Virus record (IMG/VR): IMGVR_UViG_3300027985_000858
Span: 1 to 45,472 of that record
Strand: one strand, 5' to 3'
DNA: 45,472 bases
Origin: a virus
Lineage: Duplodnaviria > Caudoviricetes
The translations under genes and the position numbers were made by a program. Of this stretch, positions 1 to 11,400 are shown piece after piece. Every line of letters begins with the position of its first letter. Position 1 is the first letter of the stretch. The notes beneath the pieces were generated by a model. It saw only the letters and a program-made list of their open reading frames with translations, was not told the DNA's origin and did not search any database.

Positions 1-144
1 ATACCCTGGAGGTGCGGCTGCATTTTATGGACCTGTAGTAAAGCTAGCAAATGGCGGTAAAGACATTGCTCCTTTACCACAGAATACATTAGTTGATGGG
101 AATGGATTTCTTAATGTTGAAATTGTAATTGCAGGTACATTCAC
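1..144. repeat. Contig-end direct repeat, copy 1 (identical to 45329-45472); marks a circular assembly
   Basis: ATACCCTGGAGG...GGTACATTCAC occurs at both ends and falls inside one continuous ORF. Confidence 0.97.
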
Positions 145-370
145 AGGAGCAGGTACGGTTAGTATTGATTTAGTTGGTGACGATGTAGATGATACAACTC
201 CAACTGATGTAGTACAGCCACTTGTAAAAGCGGTTGCTACTGATTTAACATTAGGTAAAACAATAAGAATGAGTATGTCCCCAGGAGCAGTAAAGAAGTT
301 TAATAGACTTTCTATTACTACTACCGCGGATGTAGGAGCAGGGGCAAGGGTTTTCGCTTACTTCTGTTAA
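1..370 (+). CDS. Capsid cement/decoration protein (Bbp16-like), 3' part; gene starts at 45273 and spans the junction, 141 aa
   Basis: Joined frame MRMPVDQNLVLCEITG...ARVFAYFC* is open across the junction; size, beta-rich composition and position right after the major capsid match BPP-1 Bbp16. Confidence 0.75.
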   Translation, partial: YPGGAAAFYGPVVKLANGGKDIAPLPQNTLVDGNGFLNVEIVIAGTFTGAGTVSIDLVGDDVDDTTPTDVVQPLVKAVATDLTLGKTIRMSMSPGAVKKFNRLSITTTADVGAGARVFAYFC

Positions 371-376
371 TTAACC

Positions 377-397
377 GCCCCTTAATGGGGCTTATTT
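377..397 (+). terminator. Intrinsic terminator after the capsid/cement genes
   Basis: GCCCC-TTAAT-GGGGC followed by TTATTT. Confidence 0.7.
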
Positions 398-412
398 CAT
401 TTAGGGGGATAT

Positions 413-841
413 ATGCTTACAGATGAAGAAAAAAAAGCTAAAAAAGAAGCCGAATCAAAAGCTAAAAAAGAAGCCGAATTAAAGGCTCAAGAAGAAGCTA
501 AGGCTAAAGAGGAAGCTGATAAAAAGGCTCAAGAAGAAGCTAAGGCTAAAGAGGAAGCTGATAAAAAGGCTCAAGAAGAAGCTAAGGCTAAAGAGGAAGC
601 TGAATTAAAAGAAAAAAAAGAAGCTTATTTAAAAGCTCAGGAAGAAGCTGATAAAAAGAAAGCTGAGGAACAACGAAAAAAGATAAAAACATACAGAGTA
701 ACATATGGATTTATCCAATACACAGATTTAAGTGGTGTTGTAAAAACAGCTAAAAAAGGTGATATAATAGAAGCTTATTCACTTGAAAAATTCAAAGGGG
801 AAGAGATTTCAAAGGATATACCATCCGCCCCCACGATCTAA
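413..841 (+). CDS. E/K/A-rich repeat protein (charged single-helix-like N-terminus, small globular C-terminus), probably virion-associated
   Basis: RBS AGGGG; KAQEEAKAKEEAD repeats; lies between head and tail genes. Confidence 0.8.
   Translation: MLTDEEKKAKKEAESKAKKEAELKAQEEAKAKEEADKKAQEEAKAKEEADKKAQEEAKAKEEAELKEKKEAYLKAQEEADKKKAEEQRKKIKTYRVTYGFIQYTDLSGVVKTAKKGDIIEAYSLEKFKGEEISKDIPSAPTI
481..603 (+). repeat. 42-bp tandem repeat, about 2.9 copies, in frame (14 aa)
   Basis: AAAGGCTCAAGAAGAAGCTAAGGCTAAAGAGGAAGCTGATAA starts at 481, 523 and 565. Confidence 0.95.
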
Positions 842-998
842 GGGATTTGGTGACGGTCCCTTAGATATAATGAATATGGTCGAAGCAGAAATTTACGATG
901 TTAGAAAAATCTGCTTCGACTCGTTACCTGATATAGCAAAAAGAAAACTTATTGCTAGAGAAGAACTAATATTAAGAAGTATTGAGGGTAATAAATGA
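783..998 (+). CDS. Hypothetical protein, start uncertain (ATG at 870/876 or frameshift entry)
   Basis: Fills the gap; stop overlaps the next start (ATGA); no clear RBS. Confidence 0.5.
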   Translation: MKNSKGKRFQRIYHPPPRSKGFGDGPLDIMNMVEAEIYDVRKICFDSLPDIAKRKLIAREELILRSIEGNK

Positions 999-1585
999 CT
1001 AAACTAGATATTATAAATATGGCATTGGGGCATGTTGGAGGTGAAACTGTACAAAGCAGTGAATCTCCAGGAGTTGCTAAAACTTGTTCTGAAAATTTAC
1101 CGCGGTTAATAGATATATTGCTGAATGCACACTATTGGTCATTTGCTAAAGAATACACTTCCTTAACTTCACTTACTAAAATAGTAGAAGTTGAAGGGGA
1201 AAATGTTATTCAAGAACTGCCATTTGGTAATTTCATGTACACATTTAATTACCCTCAAGACTTAGTAACAATAATCAGCATAGATGGTGTACTTACTGGT
1301 GATTTTCAATTTATATCAGGAAGAAGAATTGCTGCAAATGTTAAAACGTTAAACATCAATTATATAAAAAGGATAGATGATTACTCACATTTTACATCTG
1401 GGTTTTGTGAAGCATTATCTTTATTATTAGCATACCATATATCAACCAGGGTTGGAAGCGTTGATATTCATGTAAAAAACGATCTGATGACAAAATACAG
1501 TATTTACCTCAATAAAGCCATTTCTGAGGATTCTATGTTTGATTTTCAATCAACTAAAGGCGAATATGAACTGGTGGACGAATAA
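995..1585 (+). CDS. Tail tubular protein A / head-tail adaptor (T7 gp11-like)
   Basis: N-terminal TKLDIINMALGHVG, HYWSFAK, YPQD and F.EAL...LA motifs; 196 aa; synteny. Confidence 0.85.
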   Translation: MTKLDIINMALGHVGGETVQSSESPGVAKTCSENLPRLIDILLNAHYWSFAKEYTSLTSLTKIVEVEGENVIQELPFGNFMYTFNYPQDLVTIISIDGVLTGDFQFISGRRIAANVKTLNINYIKRIDDYSHFTSGFCEALSLLLAYHISTRVGSVDIHVKNDLMTKYSIYLNKAISEDSMFDFQSTKGEYELVDE

Positions 1586-3990
1586 TGAGCAAGACTATTA
1601 ATTTAGGGCGGTTTGATTATGGAGAGATTTCTGACCAAGCCATGTTTTCAACCAATTTAAAAGAAAATCAATATGCATTAAAAAAAGCTAATAATGTATT
1701 TATTGACGATAATTCAGGTGTAAAAAAAAGATCTGGAACAAAATTTTTAGCAACTGGTAAAACTTTGAAGGATAATGGTCCAGAGTCAAATGTTTATTTT
1801 CAAGATTTACAAATACTAGGTGCTATTGAGGATGTTAATACTAGTGTAGAAATATGTAATGTACCTAAAAATACATTGTCATATGCTTCCGAATACAGTA
1901 ATCCTGGAGATACTTTATTAGGAATAGGATTACATCTGCAAACAGAAAGTATTTTTGATGGTCAATACACAAATTTATTTAACAGATTCCATTTAATTGC
2001 AAATACAGTAAAATTAGTTAAAACCACAAACAAAGGGATTTCTGTTTTTAGGAATTCAGCACAAGGCACAGATGGGTTTACTGTTCAAAAAAATAATAGT
2101 AAAAAAAAGATGTCTATTTTGAGTGTAGAAAATTTTTACAGACATATTAGTGATGGAGTTAACGCAGATTATACAGTTAATACCAAAAATGTAAAAATAG
2201 TAACAGTTAGTAATTTTGCAACACTTGGAGATATCCTTGATTTAGATGGTCAAGGAACTCCGATAAAAAAAGAGGTCTCAGCAGTATTTATCTTTAATTC
2301 ATCATTCGATGTCTTAGGTTATTTGCTAATAGATGTTGATAATTTAATTTATAATAAAGATAGATTTATAGGAACAAAAGGCGGTAGGCTTATTGGATTT
2401 AACTCTATAAACTACATTCCAACAGGAGCAACGAATTTCCCTGATAGTTACAGTTTTTTTACACTAACTGAATTTTTTACTTTAGGCCAAACTATTGATG
2501 AAGCTGGAACACAGGGGGTTGCAAGGTCTTATTATTCACCTATGTCTGGTTATATTATTAGTCCTTTAGGCGATAGTGATGTAAATTTTAATTGGATTAC
2601 ATCTGGTAGATATTTAATGGCAGGGTCTAACCGCGGTTTATGGATAATGTCAAAAGAGATGGAGACAGTAACAATTGATAATGCATACATGAAAAATGTT
2701 TCCAAAACAGGAACAGGAGATATTATCCCTGTTTTTAATAATGATTTTATTTATTTTTTCACACCAGAAAAAAGAACAATGGTTAAAGGTAAATTTATCC
2801 AGGGTGAATTTGTAGGTGAATCAAGAAACATTCTCTCTTATCATATATTTGAGAAATCAAAACCTGTAAAAATGGTTTCTGCTGAACATGGGTTGTTTTA
2901 TATTTTTGTTTTAAAAGAAAATGGAACAATTTCTGTTTACCATGAATCATTTAATGGTGAATTTTACGGCTGGACTAACTTTACTATAGATGGAACCATA
3001 CTTGATATCTCAAGTGTAAGGAGTCAAATAATCTTAAAAACCTTAAGGGTTACTGAGAGCGGAAATCAAGAGTATTATGAATGTTTTGATTTTAGAAACA
3101 ATGAGACGTATCTTGATTGTTTTGTTAAAAGCACTAGCGGAGTATATGCTAGTACAAATAAAATGAAGATATATAACGCAGTTGTCCCAATTATAAAAAA
3201 AGCATATATCTATGAATTAAAAACTGAGTATAAAATAAGGAATGGTTTAATTTATGATTATTCAAAAATAGAATATATGTATACAGGAAAGGTTAAAGAT
3301 TTAGATTTAAGTTTAATAACTGCTGGTTCGGAGTATTTCTATATTATAGGCGGTGAACAGTTGTCTATAAATCTAAGAGCACAAGTGTTTAAGCTTAACT
3401 TTTTAGATTCTACACCTAAAGAATTAACTTACGCATTAGGTGTTATCAGCGGAGATGGTATAACCGCATTTAAAAACTCATTTACAGATTCTTTTAGGCT
3501 AAATTTTGCAGAGTCTGATATTATTTTGCATAAAAATATTTACAACTTTTCTCCTGCGGATTATTACATCGATCAAATTGTTAAAAAAGTGGATGATTTA
3601 TACATCTATTCCAATGCAAATATCGAAACAGAAGGAGAACATACATTTTTTTATCCAGCAATTACAACACCAGGATTAGCAGAAATTTCTCAAGGATTTA
3701 TATACGAAGGATCAATCACACCAAGATTATTTTTTAATCTTTATAATGGGAAAAAATCAAGAATACATGGAGTAATACCTGTAGTATTAAAAACCTCTGG
3801 AATTGTTTATAGAAAAGAAAATAACGAAAATATATATTCTACTTTTAACTCAGAAGAAGGGGAATTGTTTACTGGCCTTGGTGAAAGAACTCAATTATCA
3901 TCAAGCATGGAATCTGTTCCAGAAATAGAAATACTTGCTCCAGTTGGCGGTTCAATGAATATAACGTCTATATTTATGGAGGTTGAATAA
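1585..3990 (+). CDS. Tail tubular protein B / nozzle (T7 gp12-like)
   Basis: N-terminal F.YGEIS...N.F....GVKKRSGTKF, later GW motif; 801 aa; follows the adaptor. Confidence 0.85.
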   Translation: MSKTINLGRFDYGEISDQAMFSTNLKENQYALKKANNVFIDDNSGVKKRSGTKFLATGKTLKDNGPESNVYFQDLQILGAIEDVNTSVEICNVPKNTLSYASEYSNPGDTLLGIGLHLQTESIFDGQYTNLFNRFHLIANTVKLVKTTNKGISVFRNSAQGTDGFTVQKNNSKKKMSILSVENFYRHISDGVNADYTVNTKNVKIVTVSNFATLGDILDLDGQGTPIKKEVSAVFIFNSSFDVLGYLLIDVDNLIYNKDRFIGTKGGRLIGFNSINYIPTGATNFPDSYSFFTLTEFFTLGQTIDEAGTQGVARSYYSPMSGYIISPLGDSDVNFNWITSGRYLMAGSNRGLWIMSKEMETVTIDNAYMKNVSKTGTGDIIPVFNNDFIYFFTPEKRTMVKGKFIQGEFVGESRNILSYHIFEKSKPVKMVSAEHGLFYIFVLKENGTISVYHESFNGEFYGWTNFTIDGTILDISSVRSQIILKTLRVTESGNQEYYECFDFRNNETYLDCFVKSTSGVYASTNKMKIYNAVVPIIKKAYIYELKTEYKIRNGLIYDYSKIEYMYTGKVKDLDLSLITAGSEYFYIIGGEQLSINLRAQVFKLNFLDSTPKELTYALGVISGDGITAFKNSFTDSFRLNFAESDIILHKNIYNFSPADYYIDQIVKKVDDLYIYSNANIETEGEHTFFYPAITTPGLAEISQGFIYEGSITPRLFFNLYNGKKSRIHGVIPVVLKTSGIVYRKENNENIYSTFNSEEGELFTGLGERTQLSSSMESVPEIEILAPVGGSMNITSIFMEVE

Positions 3991-4943
3991 TGTTTAGCAT
4001 AAATTGGGATGAAATTAAAAGTTCTGGGACAGGATTAATAGAAACAGTACTTACTCACCCTGCAAACCCAGCTCATAACATACATAAAGAATCAAAAAAC
4101 TTTGACGAAGGTATGAAAACAATGGGGCACGGTATAACCACTGGTGATTCTGGGATGTGGGGAGCTGGCCTTGCTCAAACAGTAAACGCAACAGGTAGTA
4201 TTGTAGCCTCAGCAGGGGCAATAGCTGTTGGTGGTGCTCTAGGTTCAATTGTTCCTATAGCTGGTGTTGCAGCCGCATTATTGATAGAAGAAGGGAATCA
4301 AACAATAAAAGCACAATTAGATGAAGGATCAGTAGAGGGAGGAATTAATAAAAGAAAAGAAGTTTATGGTCAATACAATGAAAGCCTTGCTAGTGCTGGA
4401 ACTGCATTTGCAGATGAAATAATTAAGGAAGATCCATTCGGAAAAATGGTTGCAGACCTAAACGATGTAATTGATAAATTATCTGGACAAGCTAAGGTAG
4501 ATGAAAAAAAGAAGAATCTGATGTTGTCTAATCTAGCCTTTAACAAAGAAGCTACAGAGAAGGAAATTAAATCACTTATAGACAAAGAAGGGAGAAGTAT
4601 TTTAGAAAAAAGATTACAGTCTATGCAGTCGTTAGATAGAAGTATACAGGGTTTTTCTGAAAGCGGTGTTTCAACTACATCTGGTTCTCTTGCGGGTAGA
4701 ATACAGAATAATTTATCTGTTATTCAGAATAACGCTGATATACAGAGGTTGGATGCTCTTAATATAGCTTCTAGCATGAGAGCACAAACATTACAAACAG
4801 AAAAAGAAACACTTACCCAATATGAAATAGACAAAGATCAAAGGCTAGTCGATCAAAAAATAGAAACCGCAAAAACTATAATTAATTTAGGTGCTGGAGC
4901 AGGTGAACTAATAAGTAAAATTGCAACAATGGGGGTTATATAA
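3990..4943 (+). CDS. Internal virion (ejection) protein, small
   Basis: Gly/Ala-rich hydrophobic segment, SGV...GS motif; position after the nozzle. Confidence 0.6.
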   Translation: MFSINWDEIKSSGTGLIETVLTHPANPAHNIHKESKNFDEGMKTMGHGITTGDSGMWGAGLAQTVNATGSIVASAGAIAVGGALGSIVPIAGVAAALLIEEGNQTIKAQLDEGSVEGGINKRKEVYGQYNESLASAGTAFADEIIKEDPFGKMVADLNDVIDKLSGQAKVDEKKKNLMLSNLAFNKEATEKEIKSLIDKEGRSILEKRLQSMQSLDRSIQGFSESGVSTTSGSLAGRIQNNLSVIQNNADIQRLDALNIASSMRAQTLQTEKETLTQYEIDKDQRLVDQKIETAKTIINLGAGAGELISKIATMGVI

Positions 4944-4945
4944 AA

Positions 4946-7900
4946 ATGGATGATATTTTAGGTGATGTTGGAGAGAGACTTATAAAACAACCAAAGGCTA
5001 GCTCATTTGTAGCAAACCGCGGTAATACATCTGGTCGGATAATGGATATGACATCATCTGTAATTACCACTATAGCCAACAAGGGTATAGATTCATTAAT
5101 TGATTGGCAAAAAGCATCTGCAACAACAGAAGCATTAAAATTTAAGAAAATATCAGAAATGGAAAGGCAAAAAAGCCTTGATGATCCTGACTACTTTTTA
5201 ACACAAGAAGAAAGAACCGCAGAATTTGACCAGCAAATAGCAATAGAAGAAGCAAGGTTAAAACCATATTTGGAAAATAATGTACCAACAGATGCTATAA
5301 ATACACAAAAAAAAATTATAGAAAATCTTAAGGCTCAAAAAGACTCAGCATTAAAAAAAGATGGTATTCATAACTACTCAAAAAGGATGACATCATATAT
5401 AAATAATCTTTCAAAGGCTTATCCTCCACACATTGCAGCCGCAATGAAAGAGCAAATGACAAACCAGTTTTTATCAGATAACGCAGATATTCAAAACAGA
5501 AAAAGGATATCTCAAGAAAATAACCGTTTTATGGCACTAAAAACAGAGATGTCGGCCTTATTCTCCACAGGAGACCCCAAGGATAGGGGAAAGGCATTTG
5601 CGAGCCTAGACATGGCATATAAAGAAAAAAGAATTTCAAAAGAAAGACTAGAAGCTTTAAAGATTGAGTATGGACAACAGGAAGATGCCTGGATAATGAG
5701 AAGCATAGTTGACCAAGCAAAACTAAAAGCTAAAGCTAATGGAACACCTGTTAATTATTCAGAGCTTAAAGAGGCCATAGATTCAGCGTATATTGAAACA
5801 CAGGATGATGAACAAAAGGCTCGTGGTTTCACTAGGGAACAATGGGCAGATGCCTCAAGACAGATGGTAGATGAAGAACTTTATAATGAACAATTGGCTA
5901 ATAAGGCAAAAATACAATATTCAGATGGATGGGTTAATAAGGCAGAACAGTTATACAATAACATCTTAACAAAAAAAGCAAATATAACCGAAGTCAATGT
6001 AATGGTTGATCAAATAACGAAGGAGCTAGACGATAATAAAATAGACGAGCAAATGGCGGCTTATGTTGTAAACAGGCTAACTTCACTGGTGAAAGATGAT
6101 GATGGCTCTTTTGAAGTTGATCCAGATGATTTTGCTTTGTTGTCAGAAACATTAAATGATAGAACTTTAAGTAAAACAGATAAAATGTCAATATTTAAAG
6201 ATATGCTTGATAGAGGGAGAATTGACAACAAAATATATCAAAAATATTGCGGTGAATCCATAACAATGGCATCTAAAGAATATGAGTATGCTGTTTCAGA
6301 AATAGAGAAAATTTTTAATCCTGGTGATCCAAAAAAAATATCAGGAAAAGATTATGAAAAAAATACATTAGCCAGGGAAAAAGTTCTTGAATTATTAAGA
6401 GGTGTTGACCCTGGTTCTTTAAGTAAAGAAGAATTAGATATAAAAATTAGAGAACTCTCTAACCTAACTTTAGCTGAGACAGCAACTAGGGGTTGGATTT
6501 TTAATAAACAACCTAAAGAATTGCTGAAACAATCAGGGACATACATAGAAGATTTAAATGAACAGACTGTTGATGATTTACTAACATATAGTGATAGATT
6601 TAAAAACGAGTTCTTTACAGAAAAAAATGGTGTTCAATTATTTAATAAATCTGTTAAGGGATTAAAAGGCGGTGTTACCAATGATACAATTTCTGGTGCT
6701 AGAGAACTTTATCCTGTAGTTGGAGAAGATGGACAATTAGGTTTCTATTTAGAATTGGATTCATTAAACGGAATAAGGCGAGCTGTCAAAGTATCAATGA
6801 ATGAAGATGGTGAATTTGTCCAGGAAAGCAACGGAATTGAAGCTCTTATGTATACAGAGTACAATGGAGAACCGGGCCTTTATTCTGTTTCTGAATATGG
6901 CGATAAAAATACAAAAACATCTAGGTATACAAAAGTAACTACATTTAAAAGCGAAGATAACGACTATATGAACCGCATAAACCCAAATTATGATTATGTA
7001 GCTGCTTATCAAGAGTCTATAATAGAAGCTGGAAAAAAAGGTATTACAGTAAGACAGGCAATGAATCAAAAAGGTTTTTTCATCCCATCGGAAGAAGAAC
7101 TAAAGAATGTTCCAAGAGATTTTAATAAAATAGCAAAGGCCGTAGAAAAAGGTACTGCAACCGCGGCACATTATGTAGTAATGGATGACATGGTTAATAA
7201 CGCAACATCACTTTATACAAGAGCGGTTCAAATAGACCAGTTATTATCTAATAATGTAAATGGGCAATGGGTACTTAGCGATACTAATGAAAGAGAATCT
7301 TTAATAAAAGAATATATAAATATCAATAAAAACTTAAGAACTGATGGAAATTTTTTATTCGATATTCCTGGTGATTATGACATTAGGATAATGAGCTCTT
7401 TGGGTGGAAAAAGATTCGTAGACAAGCCTCGACTTCCTTCTTTTAAAGGAAATGCAATTGTTCAAAAAATGACACTAGAAAAAGATTCTGTTATTATGAA
7501 CCAATTGTTAAAAGACAATGCAGATTATACAAAATTGGTTAAGCAATTAAATTCTATGGGAAATGCCCCTCTTGAGGCCACAAAAGAATTAAGAGCAAGG
7601 ATAAAGGAAATAGAAGATACTTATAAATCAAAGTATAAAAGCACTAAATTAAATAGTGTTTCTCAGTTAGGTTTGCAGCAAGATTTTAGTGGAGACACAA
7701 AAAAAGTTCTTGAAAGACTAAATGGTGATAAATTATCCTGGGATGAAATAGCGGTAAAGAATACATTAAATGCTAACGATGACTTTATAAAAGTATACAG
7801 GAACCTTAAAGGAAATGCCGTTGAGACAGGGAAAATAGCAACAGTTGTTGGAGCAGATTTAACAAAGTCGGCTGTTTTATGTTACCTAGCAGATGAAATA

Positions 7901-8461
7901 CTTAAAGAAAAAGGTATCTCAAAAGAAGAATTTAAACCTCAAGATAAGTATGAAATTAATGACAACTCTTTAGCTGGTAAAATAAAGTCAGGGTTTAATT
8001 TTATAAAAAACAAAATAAATGAAAAATCTAATGTTCCAGATAACAGAGACTTAACAAAAACGCTTCTTTCTAATATGTATCTTAAAGAAAGCAATGATCC
8101 AAACTCTAAGTTTATGAAAGAATTTAACAAAGTTGCTAATGGCAGATTGATTGACAATTTAACAACAAACGAAATGTATGATTTAGTAAAAAAGTATAGT
8201 GATAAAGATGGGTCCACTGTAGAAATAACAGGTATATTCAAAGAAGGTGTTGAGATAGATATTGCAAGCTCAATGTTTACAGACCCAGAGGAATCACTTA
8301 TTGCGTTACAAAATATTTATTTGTCAGAAAGAGCTTATTCTCCAGATAATCAATGGCTAAATGAGTTTTACCAAACACTAGGAGATGGCGGTTTGGACGA
8401 ACTTACAACAGAGCAAGCTATAGATTTATTAAACAAATACAATAATAGTAGGGGTAAATAA
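4946..8461 (+). CDS. Internal virion (ejection) protein, 1171 aa
   Basis: Large helical protein in the podovirus ejectosome position. Confidence 0.6.
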   Translation: MDDILGDVGERLIKQPKASSFVANRGNTSGRIMDMTSSVITTIANKGIDSLIDWQKASATTEALKFKKISEMERQKSLDDPDYFLTQEERTAEFDQQIAIEEARLKPYLENNVPTDAINTQKKIIENLKAQKDSALKKDGIHNYSKRMTSYINNLSKAYPPHIAAAMKEQMTNQFLSDNADIQNRKRISQENNRFMALKTEMSALFSTGDPKDRGKAFASLDMAYKEKRISKERLEALKIEYGQQEDAWIMRSIVDQAKLKAKANGTPVNYSELKEAIDSAYIETQDDEQKARGFTREQWADASRQMVDEELYNEQLANKAKIQYSDGWVNKAEQLYNNILTKKANITEVNVMVDQITKELDDNKIDEQMAAYVVNRLTSLVKDDDGSFEVDPDDFALLSETLNDRTLSKTDKMSIFKDMLDRGRIDNKIYQKYCGESITMASKEYEYAVSEIEKIFNPGDPKKISGKDYEKNTLAREKVLELLRGVDPGSLSKEELDIKIRELSNLTLAETATRGWIFNKQPKELLKQSGTYIEDLNEQTVDDLLTYSDRFKNEFFTEKNGVQLFNKSVKGLKGGVTNDTISGARELYPVVGEDGQLGFYLELDSLNGIRRAVKVSMNEDGEFVQESNGIEALMYTEYNGEPGLYSVSEYGDKNTKTSRYTKVTTFKSEDNDYMNRINPNYDYVAAYQESIIEAGKKGITVRQAMNQKGFFIPSEEELKNVPRDFNKIAKAVEKGTATAAHYVVMDDMVNNATSLYTRAVQIDQLLSNNVNGQWVLSDTNERESLIKEYININKNLRTDGNFLFDIPGDYDIRIMSSLGGKRFVDKPRLPSFKGNAIVQKMTLEKDSVIMNQLLKDNADYTKLVKQLNSMGNAPLEATKELRARIKEIEDTYKSKYKSTKLNSVSQLGLQQDFSGDTKKVLERLNGDKLSWDEIAVKNTLNANDDFIKVYRNLKGNAVETGKIATVVGADLTKSAVLCYLADEILKEKGISKEEFKPQDKYEINDNSLAGKIKSGFNFIKNKINEKSNVPDNRDLTKTLLSNMYLKESNDPNSKFMKEFNKVANGRLIDNLTTNEMYDLVKKYSDKDGSTVEITGIFKEGVEIDIASSMFTDPEESLIALQNIYLSERAYSPDNQWLNEFYQTLGDGGLDELTTEQAIDLLNKYNNSRGK

Positions 8462-11400
8462 TGGAAGAAACAGACGCTTTACAACAAAATACAGAAAACA
8501 GAGTCCTTGAAAATCCATATGCAACTTCTCCGCTAGAAAAAAAAAGGATTTTAAATAATCCTTATGCAACCCCTATACAGGTTATAGGAATGGAAGAAGA
8601 TAAATCAATCCTGGAATATATAAGGGATGAACAAGAGGCCCAGGCTATGAGGTCTAGAATTAAAAATGCTGAAATACTAAGCAAAACATTAAATATTCCA
8701 GTTGAATATGCTTATCAAAATGAGACAGAAATTAGAAAAAATTTATATCCTGGAGTAGATGAATCGTCAGGAAATTTTGCAAACAAGCTTAAAATAGTAT
8801 GGGATTTTAATTCTAAACAGGAACAAATAAACCAATTAAGGTGGCAACAAATAAATGGTTACGATAACGGCAAAATTTCAGAGGAAATAAAAAAAATAAG
8901 AGTCTCCATGCCAGAAAAAAACGAGGTTGACAGGATCACAGAGTTTCTAATGTCCAACGAATCTATGGGGAATAAAATAATTGAGTTGGCAAAAAGCTTT
9001 CCTTATGTAGCTGTTTCTCAAGGGCCTAGAATGCTTGAGGGTGCAAAATTAGGAGTACCTATAGCAATAGGGGGAGCGGTTGCTGGTGGTATTGTAGCCA
9101 GTGGTCCAGGTGCTTTAGTAGGTGCTAAATATGGTTTTTATGCTGGACAAACAATGGCTACATTTAGAAGTACTACAGGTGGAATAATAGATTCTGTAAT
9201 GACAGAAGCCGAAATGAATGGAATATCTATAGACCCTAAAAAATATGCTGCGGTTGCTTATGCTGGAGGTTTTGCCTCTGCATTAATAGACACAATGTCT
9301 TTAAATTTTGGTTTAACTAAATCTGTAGCAGGGAAAACACTTAAGGAAGTAATGGAAGATGTGGCAAAGGTAAATACACAAACCGCAATTAAAGATCAGG
9401 TTAAATTAACCGCAATTGCTACAGCAAAAAAGGCTGGAGGGTGGTTAGAGCCAGGATTGGTTGAAGGATTTACAGAAACAATCCAAGGAATGACAGAAAA
9501 TTATTCAAGTGAAGTTATAAAAGCTTTACATAATATTGATGTAGAAAACCTTGAAAAATTTCTTGATAAAAAAGCTGTGGATCCAATAGATGTTGCAATT
9601 TCTGGAAAATTTTCCAAGAAACCAATGAAAGATATTTTAGCTGATTCTTTATTAGAGGGTGCAATGGCAATTCCAATGGCTGTTGTAAGTGCTGGATTGC
9701 TAGATGTAGGAAGCAATATTGTTAGGAAAAATGCGGTTAATAGTTCCAGGATAAATGAAGCCAAAATAAATGAAGAAGTAAAAAATATAAATAAAGAACA
9801 ATCAACTGAAAATGTAACCGATAAAAAAGTTAAGAAAGAAACGGAACCAGTTGTAGTACAAGGTGAAAACTTAACAGTAAAATCAAAAATTTTTAAAAAA
9901 ATGGATACCGCATTAAAGAATGGTGATTTTAAAAATCTAAATAATTATATAGATCATGTAGAAAAAACATTAGACCTTTATGAAAAGCCAAAAGGCGGTT
10001 TATCTGTTTTTTATAAAACATTTTCATTGATAACGGAAGGCCAAGATAAAACTTATGTAATGTCAGAACATAATATAGGTGATGAAAAAATAATAATCGG
10101 TAAACATAGAAATGGAGATAAAGCTTTTGAAGTTAGACAATATGTAAACGGTGAAAATGAAATAACATTTGAAGATAATATAACAGGCTATGAAGCTTAC
10201 AAGATAACAAATAAAATCAATGACAGTACAATGGAAGGAAATTTACCATCTAACTGGAAAGAATATTTTAGCCATGAAGAACTACAAACTGTATATAAGG
10301 CTTTTGGTTCTGATCCTATTTTGTTTGATAGAAAAGTGAAAACACCTGTTTCAAAAAAAGATAAGAAAAAAGGGCAGGCAATGACTATTTCAACTGTTAA
10401 GGAATTTTCAGAAATGGCAGTTGCTAATCAATCAAATATAGTAAAAATGCAGTTAATAAAAACATTTTATTATAACCTAAAATCCAGGATTGCAACCTCT
10501 CAGGATTTATTGGCATCGTCTGGAAATTTAGCAGAGGCTATAAATGCAATAATAAAAGATGATGATATTCCTATAAATCTAAGGAATTTTTTATCTGAAA
10601 AATTAGTTGAATTTGGAACAAGGCCAGATTTGTCTGATAGCAATTTAGCAAGATTGAAAAGCCTTAAAGAGAATAAAGCAACTTCTGGGGCTTTTGATCC
10701 ATCGTCTACAGAAGATTTATTACTGCTTGGTACAGATGAAAATACTTACAACCTAGAAAATATAGACCCAAGAATATTAAATGATATTTTAGTTAAATTT
10801 TCAGAAAAAAAAGACCTAGCAAATTTTGTAACAAATATAAACGGAAAAAGAGTTTCACAATTAAAATCAAAGATATTAGCTGAATTAAATGTAAATGCTA
10901 AAAAATCAGTTGGTGATGATGTTAGCCAGATAAGTGCGGTTAAAAGATTTTTCAATGCAACAAAGGGTGTATTTATAGTTAATCAAAGGCAATATCACAA
11001 CCTAGTTGAGATGATAGGTGGAGAACATTCTTTGTTTTCAAAAGTCTTTTATCATTCATTGAGAGATAAGGAAATAGCAATAAAAAGCCAGACACAAAAA
11101 TTTCACGATGATATAAAAAATGAATTCCTAAAAAGTGTTGACCAAAAAGAGATAGACAGCATGAATTCCGTTAAAATAAAAATCCCTGGGTTTAATTTTC
11201 CTGCTATAAGTTTTTGGCAAGGAGTTAGTATTTTAATGCACATGGATTCAAAGAAAAACCGTAATCAAATAAAAGAACATGGAATGAGATACAAAGATTT
11301 CATGGGAAGAACGATAGATTTTAAAGGTGAGGATTTCTTTGAAGCGGTTAAGAAAGAAGTTTCTCAATATCCTGTAGCACAAGCATATGTAAGAGCTTTT

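Noticed and set aside
1-144. Physical terminal repeat of the virion DNA
   Set aside because: The repeat splits a continuous ORF at an arbitrary point and is better explained as assembly overlap of a circular or permuted genome.
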